From the NCBI GenBank assembly GCA_934149365.1, contig CAKPEI010000007.1:126-64125 (forward strand): a DNA stretch of 64,000 nt. Reading direction: 5' to 3'. Position numbers and translations under genes: made by a program. The stretch comes from an uncultured Clostridia bacterium. Lineage in GTDB: Bacteria; Bacillota; Clostridia; TANB77; CAG-465. This document shows, piece by piece, positions 8,391 to 18,540 of the stretch. Each line of letters opens with the position of its first letter. Position 1 is the first letter of the stretch. The notes below the pieces were generated by a model, which worked only from the letters and a program-made list of their open reading frames with translations, had not been told where the DNA came from and made no database searches.

Positions 8391-9746
8391 GTGAGAGAAA
8401 ATGATTTGATAGAGCTAGATATAATAGATAATGGAATGAATTTTGAAGGAATTGCAAGATATAACGATAAAGTGGTATTTGTACCAGATACTATAAAGGG
8501 GGAAAAAGTACTTGCAAAAGTTGTAAAGGATAATCCAAAATATACACTTGCAAAGGTTCAAAATGTATTGATTAAGTCAAAGGATAGAGTATATGAAGAT
8601 TGTATGGCATATTATAGTTGTGGTGGATGTAATGGTATGCATATGAATTACTCTAGAACTCTAGATGTTAAAAGAGAAATAGTTAAAAATACTTTAAGAA
8701 AACAAGGAATTGATGATGGCTTAGTAGATGATATTTATGGCATGGGAATTCCTTATCATTACAGGAATAAGGTGCAGTTTCCAGTAAGAAATATAAAAGG
8801 AAGAAATGCTTTTGGTATGTTTTCTGAAAAAAGCCACAAATTAGTTGAAGTTAGTAATTGTAAGATACAAGATGAAAGAATAAACGAAATAGCTAAATAT
8901 ATGTTTGACATTTTAAATAAAGAAGGTATTTTGTGTTACGATGAAACTAAAAAAAGTGGAGATGTAAAAAACATAATGGTAAGACGTGGAGTGCATACAG
9001 GTGAAGTTTTGTGTATACTTGTTGTGACAAGTAAAGAAGTTGCAAATAGTTCAAAAATTAAAAAGGTGTGCGATAGTGTAGCCCAAAAATATGAAGAAGT
9101 AAAAGGTTTTGTGGTAAATATAAATGAAACAATGGGCAATGTTATTCTAGGAAAAGAAAACCTAGTGCTTTATGGTGAAGATAGAATAAGGGATAAAATT
9201 GGTGATAAGACTTTCTACATTTCTGCTAATTCTTTTTTTCAAGTAAACACGATAATGGCAGAAGTGATATATTCTCTCTTAGAACAAATGCTTAAATTAG
9301 ATAAAACAGAGAATTTGCTAGAGTTATATAGTGGAGTTGGCACAATAGGAATATTTTTGTCTGATAAGGTAAAGAGTGTTTACGGAATAGAAATAGTAGA
9401 AGATGCAGTAAATATGGCAAAAGAAAATGTTGAACTAAATAACGTTTTAAATGCTGAATATATAGCAGGTGATGCTAGCAAAGAACTTGAAAAGTTATCA
9501 AAGGAAAATAAAGTGCTTGATGTAGTAGTTGTTGATCCTCCAAGAAAAGGACTAGATAATGAAGGAATAAATATATTGAAAAGGATAAAACCTAAAAAAA
9601 TAGGGTATATAAGTTGTAATCCTGCTACACTCGCAAGAGACTTAGCATTACTTAAAGAAGAATACGAAATTTCTAAAGTAGTACCAGTGGACATGTTTCC
9701 ATGGACGAGCCATGTGGAGTGTGTAACGGTGTTAAAACTTAAATAA
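8391..9746 (+). CDS. 23S rRNA (uracil-5-)-methyltransferase, RumA/RlmD family (TRAM + SAM MTase)
   Basis: TRAM N-domain, Cys cluster (YYSCGGCNG), C-terminal SAM methyltransferase motifs (DPPRKG). Confidence 0.85.
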   Translation: MRENDLIELDIIDNGMNFEGIARYNDKVVFVPDTIKGEKVLAKVVKDNPKYTLAKVQNVLIKSKDRVYEDCMAYYSCGGCNGMHMNYSRTLDVKREIVKNTLRKQGIDDGLVDDIYGMGIPYHYRNKVQFPVRNIKGRNAFGMFSEKSHKLVEVSNCKIQDERINEIAKYMFDILNKEGILCYDETKKSGDVKNIMVRRGVHTGEVLCILVVTSKEVANSSKIKKVCDSVAQKYEEVKGFVVNINETMGNVILGKENLVLYGEDRIRDKIGDKTFYISANSFFQVNTIMAEVIYSLLEQMLKLDKTENLLELYSGVGTIGIFLSDKVKSVYGIEIVEDAVNMAKENVELNNVLNAEYIAGDASKELEKLSKENKVLDVVVVDPPRKGLDNEGINILKRIKPKKIGYISCNPATLARDLALLKEEYEISKVVPVDMFPWTSHVECVTVLKLK

Positions 9747-9768
9747 ATTCCTAAAATACTGATATTAA

Positions 9769-9810
9769 AATGCTTGATAAAATTAGAAGTCTTTATCAAA
9801 AGTTTTTCTT
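9769..9810 (+). terminator. putative terminator hairpin after the methyltransferase gene
   Basis: ttgataaa...tttatcaa stem followed by a T-run. Confidence 0.35.
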
Positions 9811-9912
9811 ATTTAAGTTTTTATGATTATAAAGCATTAAAATAATATTTTTTAGATGAATATGGAAGAATAAGTTGTTTCGAATAAGTAGCTAATTGAA
9901 TATAAAAAGTAT

Positions 9913-10130
9913 ATGAGACAATTTTATCGTGCTTTTCCAAATCGTCACACACTGTGTGACGAATTAAGTTGGTCACATTACAGACTGTTAATGAGAGTAG
10001 GAAATTAAAAAACAAGAAGTTTTTATGCAGAAGAATGTGTGAAATCTGGGTGGAGTGTAAGGTAATTAGAAAGACAAATAGGAACATTTTATTATGAAAG
10101 ATTATTAGCAAGTCAAGATAAGGAGACGGT
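9913..10130 (+). pseudogene. fragment of DUF1016 (YhcG-like PDDEXK nuclease) gene, frameshifted and truncated
   Basis: MRQFYRAFPNRHTLCDELSWSHYRLL. then, in another frame, EKARSFYAEECVKSGWSVRQLERQIGTFYYERLLASQDKE. These are hallmark N-terminal DUF1016 motifs, but broken by stops. Confidence 0.5.
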
Positions 10131-10135
10131 AGAAA

Positions 10136-10477
10136 ATGTGCGACTATGGTTATAACATAGAAATAGGTGAAAACTTTTATGCCAATCACAATTTAATTAT
10201 ACTAGATGCAAATAAAGTTACTTTTGGAGATAATGTGTTTGTTGCATTTTATACGTCAGGACATCCTTTAGAATATGAAATTAGAAATAAGGGATTAGAA
10301 TATGCTAAGCCTATAAATGTAGGAAATAATGTGTGGATAGGTGGAAATGTCTGTGTATTGCCTGGTGTTACAATAGGAGATAATGTTGTGATAGGTGCAG
10401 GAAGTGTTGTTACCAAGGATATACCTTCAGGTGTTGTAGCTGTTGGAAGTCCTTGCAAAGTCATAAAAGAAATATAA
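10136..10477 (+). CDS. hexapeptide-repeat sugar O-acetyltransferase (Maa/LacA family), N-terminally truncated
   Basis: 113 aa matches only the C-terminal ~60% of maltose/galactoside acetyltransferases. Left-handed beta-helix hexapeptide repeats. Confidence 0.55.
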   Translation: MCDYGYNIEIGENFYANHNLIILDANKVTFGDNVFVAFYTSGHPLEYEIRNKGLEYAKPINVGNNVWIGGNVCVLPGVTIGDNVVIGAGSVVTKDIPSGVVAVGSPCKVIKEI

Positions 10478-10505
10478 TGATATATTAATATTAAGGAGAG
10501 TATAT

Positions 10506-11414
10506 ATGGAAATACAGAAAAATGGCGAAGGAGTAATAATTAAAAATACAGCAGAGTTATCATTAGAAAAATTAGATGAATTAAAGAAAAATGGACTCGT
10601 TTGGGTACAGTTAAGAGATGATAGAGGAACTGGTGAACCGAGTGTTTTCTATTGCGATACATTTGAAAAGATAAAAAATAAAGTATTAGAGTATGCCAGT
10701 GGCGCGCCTAAGGAGACAGCCGATGATCCAGATATGGAAAAGAAAAAATTTACATACGTATATGAAAAAATCGCTAAAAATGTTTCATATCACGAAAAAG
10801 CTTCTAAGGCCTGTGATCTTGTGGGATACGAAAGAGACATGGCTAGCCCTATGATCGAAAGGGCATCTGGTCTTGAGGCAATACTAGAAGATAAAGCACT
10901 ATGCTCTGGGTATTCAGAAATATTAAGAAATGTTCTATCAGAGGTGGGAATAGACTCGTTATATATTAGTGGTGGGCCTAAGAATATGGGTGAAGCTATA
11001 TCTACTAATTCTGGTTCACATGCATGGAATCAAGTAAAGCTGGATGGGAAATGGTATAATTGTGACTTAACAAATGATGCCGATTTCATATTAAGTGGGT
11101 TAAAGTTACCACACTATTTAAAGAGTAATGATGAGTTTACAAGATATACAAAGTATCCTTGTAAAGACTCGTCAAAAATTCAGCAGGCAAATGAAAGTGT
11201 ATCAGAAGAAAAGCAGGAAAAGTTAATTGAAGAACAAAGACAAACACTTTTGGAAGAAGAAAAATCAATAGAAAATGGTTCATTAAAAGAGCAGTCTATT
11301 GGTAAAGGATTTATTTCTAAATTAAAGGGATTCTTTAAAGGAAAAAAGGTAAATGCAAAAGAATTAAATGATTTTTCACTTGATAGTATAAATAGAGAAG
11401 AAAGAGGTAGGTAA
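10506..11414 (+). CDS. transglutaminase-like cysteine protease domain protein
   Basis: Cys...His...Asp arrangement (ALCSGYSEIL ... HAWNQVKLDGKWYNCDLT). Confidence 0.45.
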   Translation: MEIQKNGEGVIIKNTAELSLEKLDELKKNGLVWVQLRDDRGTGEPSVFYCDTFEKIKNKVLEYASGAPKETADDPDMEKKKFTYVYEKIAKNVSYHEKASKACDLVGYERDMASPMIERASGLEAILEDKALCSGYSEILRNVLSEVGIDSLYISGGPKNMGEAISTNSGSHAWNQVKLDGKWYNCDLTNDADFILSGLKLPHYLKSNDEFTRYTKYPCKDSSKIQQANESVSEEKQEKLIEEQRQTLLEEEKSIENGSLKEQSIGKGFISKLKGFFKGKKVNAKELNDFSLDSINREERGR

Positions 11415-11416
11415 TA

Positions 11417-11680
11417 ATGGAAAAAGAAAAAATATATGCAGAATTAGTTTTTGTTTTAGAACAATTACCTAGTAGTTATAGCAAACACATTCCACAGAGT
11501 TTAATAGATAAATTTAATATGAAAATGTCGTTAGAATGGTATTCAAAGTTTGACAAAGATAAAGTTTTCTATAAGCAGGATATACAAAGAGAAACTATTT
11601 TAATGCTAGCATTTATATATTACAAATATTTGTGCAACGATGATATGAAACAGGATTTTATAAAAATGATATATGAGTAA
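11417..11680 (+). CDS. hypothetical protein
   Basis: 87 aa ORF overlapping the upstream stop. Confidence 0.3.
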   Translation: MEKEKIYAELVFVLEQLPSSYSKHIPQSLIDKFNMKMSLEWYSKFDKDKVFYKQDIQRETILMLAFIYYKYLCNDDMKQDFIKMIYE

Positions 11681-11829
11681 AAGAAGAAAAAATTCTTTTA
11701 TTTACTTGCAAAACATGTAATAGCATAATATAATTAATACCCTAAGTAAAAAATACGAATATATATTTATATGCTAAATAAAATGTGATATAGCGTAAAT
11801 ATTTAATATATATAATAAGGGAGGAAATT

Positions 11830-12393
11830 ATGGCAGGTTTACCAATAGTTGTAAAATATTTAATGGTTTTTGTGGTGTCTATGGTTCCAATAGTAGAACT
11901 TAGAGGAGCTATACCTATAGCAGAAGGAATGGGACTTAATATATTCTGGTATTATCCAATAGCTATATTAGGAAATATGTTACCAGTACCAATTATCTAC
12001 CTTTTTGCAAGGAAAGTATTAGAATGGGGAAAAGACAAGAAGATAATAGGTAAATTTTTCACTTGGTGTTTAGAAAAAGGTGAAAAAGGTGGAAATAAGT
12101 TAAGAGAAATGGCTGGAAATAGAGGAATATTCTGGGCATTATTGATATTTGTAGGAATACCTTTACCAGGAACAGGTGCTTGGACTGGAACACTTGCAGC
12201 AAGCTTTTTAAAATTAGATTTTAAGACTAGTATTACAGCAGTTACATTAGGTGTTATACTTGCCGGTATCATAATGTCACTTGGAAGTAAGATAGTAGCT
12301 ACATTGGGATGGCTTGGTGTTATTGGTATATTAGTGGCTATTGCAGTTATAGTGGGTATTTCAATAATAGTAAAAAAAAGAAAGAAAAAATAG
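11830..12393 (+). CDS. small multidrug-export-like membrane protein (COG2426 family)
   Basis: 187 aa, 4-5 TM; VPIVELRGAIPIA motif. Confidence 0.45.
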   Translation: MAGLPIVVKYLMVFVVSMVPIVELRGAIPIAEGMGLNIFWYYPIAILGNMLPVPIIYLFARKVLEWGKDKKIIGKFFTWCLEKGEKGGNKLREMAGNRGIFWALLIFVGIPLPGTGAWTGTLAASFLKLDFKTSITAVTLGVILAGIIMSLGSKIVATLGWLGVIGILVAIAVIVGISIIVKKRKKK

Positions 12394-12468
12394 TAAAAAA
12401 GGCAGACTTAATTGCTATAAACGCGTTGGTCTGCTTTTTATCATGTTAGATAAATAATAACAGGGGGT

Positions 12469-12837
12469 GTGGACATGGAAGATAAAAAAGTGTATAATGT
12501 TTTAAACAATTTATCAAAATCTAACTTTAGAAGCAAATTTCACCTAAAGCCAAATGATATAAATTATGTGAAAGAAAAAGGGATAGACAAAATAAGGGAA
12601 CATGCTTATGATTTTGTAAATAAGAGGTTAGCTCCGAAGGATATATTAAATGATGGGAAACAAACACCAATGAGAGGACATCCCGTGTTTATAGCCCAAC
12701 ATGCTACAGCAACTTGTTGCAGAGGTTGCTTAAATAAATGGCATAAGATTCCTATGAAAGTAGAGTTAACTAATAGTCAAAAAGATTATATAGTGAATGT
12801 AATTATGGCATGGATAGATAAAGAGGTATCAAATTAA
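12469..12837 (+). CDS. DUF4186 domain protein
   Basis: HPVFIAQHATATCCRGCLNKWH conserved block. Confidence 0.5.
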   Translation: MDMEDKKVYNVLNNLSKSNFRSKFHLKPNDINYVKEKGIDKIREHAYDFVNKRLAPKDILNDGKQTPMRGHPVFIAQHATATCCRGCLNKWHKIPMKVELTNSQKDYIVNVIMAWIDKEVSN

Positions 12838-12935
12838 AAGTTTTATGTATATTTATTAAATATATGGTGATAATAAAATAAAGTGGAAACATATAATGAT
12901 AAAGTGTTTAAAAATAGTTTAGGAGGTATGAAACT

Positions 12936-13382
12936 ATGAATAAAGAAGAAAGAAATGAAAAAATGAATGAATTTAATGAAAAAATGAAAGAGCTTAACGC
13001 TAAAATAAAGGATACAACAGAGACAGCCATTTTGGAAGGTATGGAAGCAAAGGACGTATTATCAGAAAAAGTAAAAGATGCTAAAAGTGGTTTAGAAGCT
13101 GCAAAAGAACAATGCAGAATTATTGGAGAAAAAGGAAAAGGTAAAATATCAAGTGAACTTTTAAAGGCTCAAATGAATTTTAAAGTTGCAAAAGAAAATA
13201 TAGAGAATAAAATGGAAGCACGTAATAAAGAAAAACTTTCTAAATACATTGATTCTCAGTTAGAATATGCTGAACAGTCAGTTGCATTTGCATTGCTTGC
13301 TGCAAATGAAGCAAAATTAGCTTTCTTAGAGGCACTAGAGGCTCAACAAGAATACAATGAAAAATATGGTGAGGACGAATAA
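12936..13382 (+). CDS. hypothetical coiled-coil protein
   Basis: K/E-rich heptad-like sequence. Confidence 0.3.
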   Translation: MNKEERNEKMNEFNEKMKELNAKIKDTTETAILEGMEAKDVLSEKVKDAKSGLEAAKEQCRIIGEKGKGKISSELLKAQMNFKVAKENIENKMEARNKEKLSKYIDSQLEYAEQSVAFALLAANEAKLAFLEALEAQQEYNEKYGEDE

Positions 13383-13508
13383 GAATTAAAAATTAAAGAT
13401 ATTTAAGTAGGTGGTTTAAAAATCACCTACTTTTTTAATACTCTACTTAGTATATAAATTTAGTATATTGAAAATAATAAATAAAAAACATTTTTTTGTG
13501 AATAACTA

Positions 13509-13570
13509 TTGACATGTGAACGTATATTCAACTATAATATATTTAGTTGAACAAATATTCAACTAAAGGA
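13509..13570 (+). promoter_or_regulatory. sigmaA promoter with CadC/ArsR-type operator (inverted repeat tattcaacta...tagttgaaca overlapping the -10)
   Basis: TTGACA (13509) -N18- TATAAT (13533). The 10-1-10 style IR and a third half-site ATATTCAACTA lie directly upstream of the ArsR gene. Confidence 0.6.
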
Positions 13571-13578
13571 GGATTAAT

Positions 13579-13941
13579 ATGTCTCGAAATGAGTTTATAT
13601 GTGACTGTAACATAATACACGAAAAGGCAGTAAATGATGTTGTAAATAGCATGCCTGATGAAAATACTTTTAATCATTTAGCTGATTTATTCAAACTTAT
13701 AGGTGATACTACAAGATGTAGAATCTTGTTTGCACTTGATAAAAATGAAATGTGTGTATGTGATATTGCTAACGTATTAAGTATGACAAAATCTGCTGTC
13801 TCTCATCAACTTGCTACTTTAAGAAGAAGTGGAATAGTTAAGTGTAGAAAAAGCGGCAAAGAAGTATATTATACATTAGATGATGACCACATTGTAAAGT
13901 TATTTGAAATAGGCTTAGAGCATATTAATCATAAAAAATAG
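13579..13941 (+). CDS. ArsR/SmtB family metal-sensing repressor (CadC-like)
   Basis: HTH of ArsR family (CVCDIANVLSMTKSAVSHQL) plus N-terminal Cys pair. Confidence 0.85.
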   Translation: MSRNEFICDCNIIHEKAVNDVVNSMPDENTFNHLADLFKLIGDTTRCRILFALDKNEMCVCDIANVLSMTKSAVSHQLATLRRSGIVKCRKSGKEVYYTLDDDHIVKLFEIGLEHINHKK

Positions 13942-13956
13942 AAAAGAGGTAGTAAA

Positions 13957-14181
13957 ATGAAAAGTTATAAATTTAAAATTGAAGGGTTAGATTGTCCTAA
14001 TTGTGCTAACGAGCTAGAAGAAGCATTAAAAAAAGTTGATTTAATATCTAATATTTCAATAAATTTTATCACTCAAAAGTTATCTTTTGAATGTGAAGAA
14101 AATAATATAGATGAAGCACTAAATGAAATTAAAAAAGTTATAAAAAAAGAGGAACCTGATGTAACAATAGAGGAGGAATAA
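13957..14181 (+). CDS. heavy-metal-associated (HMA) domain metallochaperone
   Basis: GLDCPNCA (CxxC) ferredoxin-like fold, 74 aa. Confidence 0.7.
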   Translation: MKSYKFKIEGLDCPNCANELEEALKKVDLISNISINFITQKLSFECEENNIDEALNEIKKVIKKEEPDVTIEEE

Positions 14182-14183
14182 TA

Positions 14184-16058
14184 ATGAATAAAAAGATGAA
14201 AAAGAAGCTTTGGAAAATTATTATTTCTGCAATATTATTTGCATTGGCATTTGTGTTTAAAGCTCAATATGAGCTCATATCAAATGTGATGTTTACAGTA
14301 TCATATATTATTGTAGGATATGATATTGTAATAAAGGCATTGAAAAATATAACAAGAGGAAAGGTATTTGATGAAAACTTTCTTATGACTGTGGCAACAA
14401 TAGGAGCTTTTTGCATAGGCGAGCTTCCAGAAGCAGCAGCGGTTATGCTTTTTTACCAAGTTGGTGAAATGTTTCAAGATTATGCAGTTGATAAATCAAG
14501 AAAGTCAGTTGCAGCGCTTATGGATATAAGACCAGATTATGCAGTAGTTGTACGTGATAGATATGCAAAAAAAGTTAGCCCTGACGAAGTTAAAATAGAT
14601 GAAATAATCTTAGTAAAACCTGGAGAAAAGATTCCTCTAGATGGTATTGTAACTGAGGGAAAATCAACGCTAAATACATTAGCACTTACAGGAGAAGCAT
14701 TACCTAGAAGTGTAGATGTAGGAGATGAAGTGCTAAGTGGCTCTATAAATAATGATGGAGTTTTAAAAATAAAAGTAATAAAAGAGTTTGGCGAGTCTAC
14801 AGTAAGTAAGATATTGGATTTAGTAGAAAATGCAAGCAGCAAAAAATCTAAATCGGAGAATTTTATAAGTAAATTTGCTAAATATTATACACCGGTAGTA
14901 GTAATAATTGCAGTAGTGCTTGGCATTTTCCCGCCACTTCTTTTCAAGCAACCTTTTAATATTTGGGTTTATAGAGCATTATCATTCTTGGTTGTATCTT
15001 GCCCTTGCGCAATAGTTGTTTCTGTTCCTTTGAGTTTCTTTGGGGGAATTGGAGCTTCTTCTAGAATGGGAGTTCTTGTAAAGGGAAGTAACTACTTAGA
15101 GGCTTTATCAAAAGTTGAAGTGATAGTTTGCGATAAAACTGGTACTTTAACAGAAGGAGTGTTTAAAGTTCAAAAAATAGCACCAAATGGTGTTAGTGAA
15201 AATGAACTTATTAAATATGCAGCTTATGCTGAAAGTTTTTCAAACCATCCTATTTCCTTATCTTTAAAAGAAGCTTATGGAGATAAGATAGATGATAAAA
15301 AGGTATCAGATGTAAAAGAAATTTCCGGAAAAGGTGTTTACGCAAAAGTAGAAGGAAAAGAAATTTTGGTTGGAAATGAAAAACTATTAAAAGAAAACGG
15401 TATTGAGTTTCCTACTAGTAATGAAATTGGAACAATAGTATATGTAGCTCTAAATCATGAATATGCAGGTTTTATAGTGATATCTGATAAAATAAAAGAA
15501 GACACTTATATAGCAATAGATTTATTTAAGAAAAACAACGTAAAAAAAGTAGTAATGTTAACAGGTGATAAAAAAAGTATAAGTGAAGCTGTAAGCAAAG
15601 AATTAAATTTAGATGAGTACCATTCAGAACTTCTTCCACAAGATAAAGTAGAAATTGTGGAAAGACTAATGAAAGAAAAAGCAGAGGAAGGAAAACTTCT
15701 ATTTGTAGGCGATGGGATAAATGATGCTCCGGTTTTAGCTTTATCTGATATAGGTATTGCTATGGGAGGACTTGGAAGTGATGCAGCAATAGAGGCTGCG
15801 GATGTTGTTGTAATGACAGATGAACCATCTAAAATTGCAGAAGCTATAAAAATATCTAAAAATACCATGAGAATAGTAAAAGAAAATATCATAATGGCAC
15901 TTGCAGTTAAAATTTCAGTTCTTGTGTTAGTTTCTATAGGAATTGCAACTATGTGGTCTGCGGTATTTGCTGATGTTGGGGTGTCAATGATTGCAGTACT
16001 AAATGCACTTAGAATATTAAAAAAAGATAAGAAAAATCAAGTAATACAAAATGTTTAA
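14184..16058 (+). CDS. P1B-type heavy-metal (Cd/Zn/Co-type) translocating ATPase
   Basis: CPC motif in TM6 (SCPCAIVVS), DKTGTLT phosphorylation site, GDGINDAP hinge. 624 aa with no fused N-terminal HMA domain. Confidence 0.9.
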   Translation: MNKKMKKKLWKIIISAILFALAFVFKAQYELISNVMFTVSYIIVGYDIVIKALKNITRGKVFDENFLMTVATIGAFCIGELPEAAAVMLFYQVGEMFQDYAVDKSRKSVAALMDIRPDYAVVVRDRYAKKVSPDEVKIDEIILVKPGEKIPLDGIVTEGKSTLNTLALTGEALPRSVDVGDEVLSGSINNDGVLKIKVIKEFGESTVSKILDLVENASSKKSKSENFISKFAKYYTPVVVIIAVVLGIFPPLLFKQPFNIWVYRALSFLVVSCPCAIVVSVPLSFFGGIGASSRMGVLVKGSNYLEALSKVEVIVCDKTGTLTEGVFKVQKIAPNGVSENELIKYAAYAESFSNHPISLSLKEAYGDKIDDKKVSDVKEISGKGVYAKVEGKEILVGNEKLLKENGIEFPTSNEIGTIVYVALNHEYAGFIVISDKIKEDTYIAIDLFKKNNVKKVVMLTGDKKSISEAVSKELNLDEYHSELLPQDKVEIVERLMKEKAEEGKLLFVGDGINDAPVLALSDIGIAMGGLGSDAAIEAADVVVMTDEPSKIAEAIKISKNTMRIVKENIIMALAVKISVLVLVSIGIATMWSAVFADVGVSMIAVLNALRILKKDKKNQVIQNV

Positions 16059-16067
16059 TATATATAT

Positions 16068-16120
16068 AATCACGATTATTAGGTTAATTTAAATAGTCGT
16101 GATTTTCTTTTTCTGTTACA
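16068..16120 (+). terminator. putative terminator of the metal-efflux operon
   Basis: atcacga...tcgtgat stem followed by ttttctttttct. Confidence 0.4.
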
Positions 16121-16129
16121 ATAATATTA

Positions 16130-16571
<442 letters not shown>

Positions 16572-16638
16572 ATGAAAATGAAAAATTTAAAAAAGAAAAA
16601 GCGGAATATCATTAATAGTACTAGTAATAACAATAATA

Positions 16639-17739
16639 GTGATGATAATACTAGCAGCCGCAATAATATTATCACTGTCAAATAGTGGGATAATAGGAAA
16701 GGCAAATAAAGCAAAGACAGATAGTGATACAGCAAATTTAAAAGAGTATGTAAATACACTAAGAGCAGAGTATGAGTTAATGACGGCAGATGAACAGGTG
16801 GCAGCGGGGGAATTTGTAGATTATGCAAATACAAAGTTGGCGGAGAAAGGCTATAAAAGGAAGTTAGCAGCAGATGGAAAAACAATAATGAATGAAGCAG
16901 CAACAGCAGCAGTAGATGCAGGAATAAAAATAGGGGATGAAGTAAAGTATAGTGCAGTGCTAACAGCAAAAGATTATATAACAGACGGAAGTGAAACGTC
17001 GCCAACAGGAGCAGCAGATAGTACAAAAACACAAAAAGTAAAAACAAACACAAGTTATACATGGAAATATATAGGTTTAGGAGAAAATGGAAGTTTACTT
17101 ATAGCGCCAGATCTGACAGGAAGAATAGACAATGATTATAAACTAACATTAGGAAATAGAGGTGGATATTTAAACGGACCAAAAATGTTAAATACAGTGT
17201 GCGATGCTTTATATACGGTAGAAGGAAAAGGAAAAGCCCAAAGTATGAATATAGAGCTGGTAAATAAGTTATTGGAATATAATGGACCAAAGGGAATGTA
17301 TTATGACACTAGTAAAAATTTAGTAGAGACAGCAGAACCAAAAACAATAGAAGAAACAGGTTTAGAATCAAGTTTGGGTTCAAATACACAAACACCAGAT
17401 GGAAAAGATATAAGTACATATTATGCTGATTGTTACTATATAAATAAAACAGAGCATGCAAGTAGAATAACAAAAGACACAGTAAGACAAAACCTAGTAT
17501 ATCAATCAAATGCATATTGGCTTGCTTCTACCTGTGTCAATGCATATTTCAACTTAGGTTGGGTGCGTTTCTATGTACGTGACGTTGACTCTTCTTACAT
17601 GTGCAGTGGCGCGATCAACATGTTTGTTTCCACTGGCAATGCCGGTAACTATGCCTATGCAGTTCGTCCGTATGTTTCTCTAACAACTAATGTTCAAAAA
17701 ACAACGGAAAACGGAAAAACAGTATGGACATTAAGTTAG
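16639..17739 (+). CDS. pilin-like anchor / hypervariable C-terminal domain protein, paralog p2; 5' frameshifted like p1
   Basis: ATG at 16572 (MKMKNLKKKKR...) runs into a stop. The main ORF frame resumes at MMIILAAA. A-tract aaaaaagaaaaagcgg. C-terminal YWLAS.CV...VRPYVSL block present. Confidence 0.7.
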   Translation: MMIILAAAIILSLSNSGIIGKANKAKTDSDTANLKEYVNTLRAEYELMTADEQVAAGEFVDYANTKLAEKGYKRKLAADGKTIMNEAATAAVDAGIKIGDEVKYSAVLTAKDYITDGSETSPTGAADSTKTQKVKTNTSYTWKYIGLGENGSLLIAPDLTGRIDNDYKLTLGNRGGYLNGPKMLNTVCDALYTVEGKGKAQSMNIELVNKLLEYNGPKGMYYDTSKNLVETAEPKTIEETGLESSLGSNTQTPDGKDISTYYADCYYINKTEHASRITKDTVRQNLVYQSNAYWLASTCVNAYFNLGWVRFYVRDVDSSYMCSGAINMFVSTGNAGNYAYAVRPYVSLTTNVQKTTENGKTVWTLS

Positions 17740-17791
17740 GGGTAAAACTACTTTGAATGCTAGTTTTAGTTGACGTATTTATATATTTAGT

Positions 17792-17826
17792 CACGTAGAT
17801 AGTTTTTTATCTACGTGGCTATTTTT
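17792..17826 (+). terminator. rho-independent terminator in the conserved 3' module (cacgtagata/tatctacgtg + T-run)
   Basis: perfect 10-bp stem. The homologous hairpin after p4 shows compensatory substitutions. Confidence 0.7.
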
Positions 17827-17917
17827 ATATGAATATTTATAAAAGAAGAAAAAAATATATACAAATATTGTATCTTGTGATACAATATAATCAATGTAAA
17901 AAGAAAAGGAGGAAAAA

Positions 17918-18523
17918 ATGCCTAAACCAGTGAGAATAACTAAAGAGTTAATACTAGGAACTGCATTTGAAATTGCAAGAGAAAAAGGGCTAGAGGGTGT
18001 GAGTAATAGAGAGATAGCTAAGAAATTAAAATGCTCTATAAGACCAATATATTATCAATTTGAAAATGTGGAAGAATTGAACAATGAACTGTATAGAAAG
18101 ATAGAAAAGTATTTCTATAAATTTATTACGGATAACATGACAAAAGACATGCCAGAGTATAAGCAAGTAGGTATTAACTACATTAAATTTGCTAAGGCAG
18201 AGAAAAAACTATTTCAAATACTATTCATGAGTAAAACTAAACTTGGTCCAAATATGTTTATTTCAAAAGCAGGTGAGGATTACGAAAGCATTCAAAAGAT
18301 TATTAAAAAGAGTACTAAGTTAAAAGATGAGGAAATAAAAAGTTTCCACACAAAAATGTGGATGTTTACTCATGGTATTGCAACGCTAGTAGCAGCAGAA
18401 ACGCTAGAGCTTAGTTTGGACCAGATAAAAGAATTATTGTCTTACGAATTTCAAGCCTTGATGTTATTAGAAGAAAACCCGGATAACAAGTGGGTTTTAA
18501 GTAAAAGGAAAAATATTGATTAA
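17918..18523 (+). CDS. TetR/AcrR family transcriptional regulator
   Basis: N-terminal HTH (GVSNREIAKKLKCSIRPIYYQF). Confidence 0.8.
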   Translation: MPKPVRITKELILGTAFEIAREKGLEGVSNREIAKKLKCSIRPIYYQFENVEELNNELYRKIEKYFYKFITDNMTKDMPEYKQVGINYIKFAKAEKKLFQILFMSKTKLGPNMFISKAGEDYESIQKIIKKSTKLKDEEIKSFHTKMWMFTHGIATLVAAETLELSLDQIKELLSYEFQALMLLEENPDNKWVLSKRKNID

Positions 18524-18540
18524 AAATTGGGGGAATTAAT

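Noticed and set aside
9942-9962. Perfect 21-bp palindrome tcgtcacacactgtgtgacga as a candidate operator
   Set aside because: It lies inside the DUF1016 pseudogene fragment, where it encodes NRHTLCDE. It is not positioned relative to any promoter.
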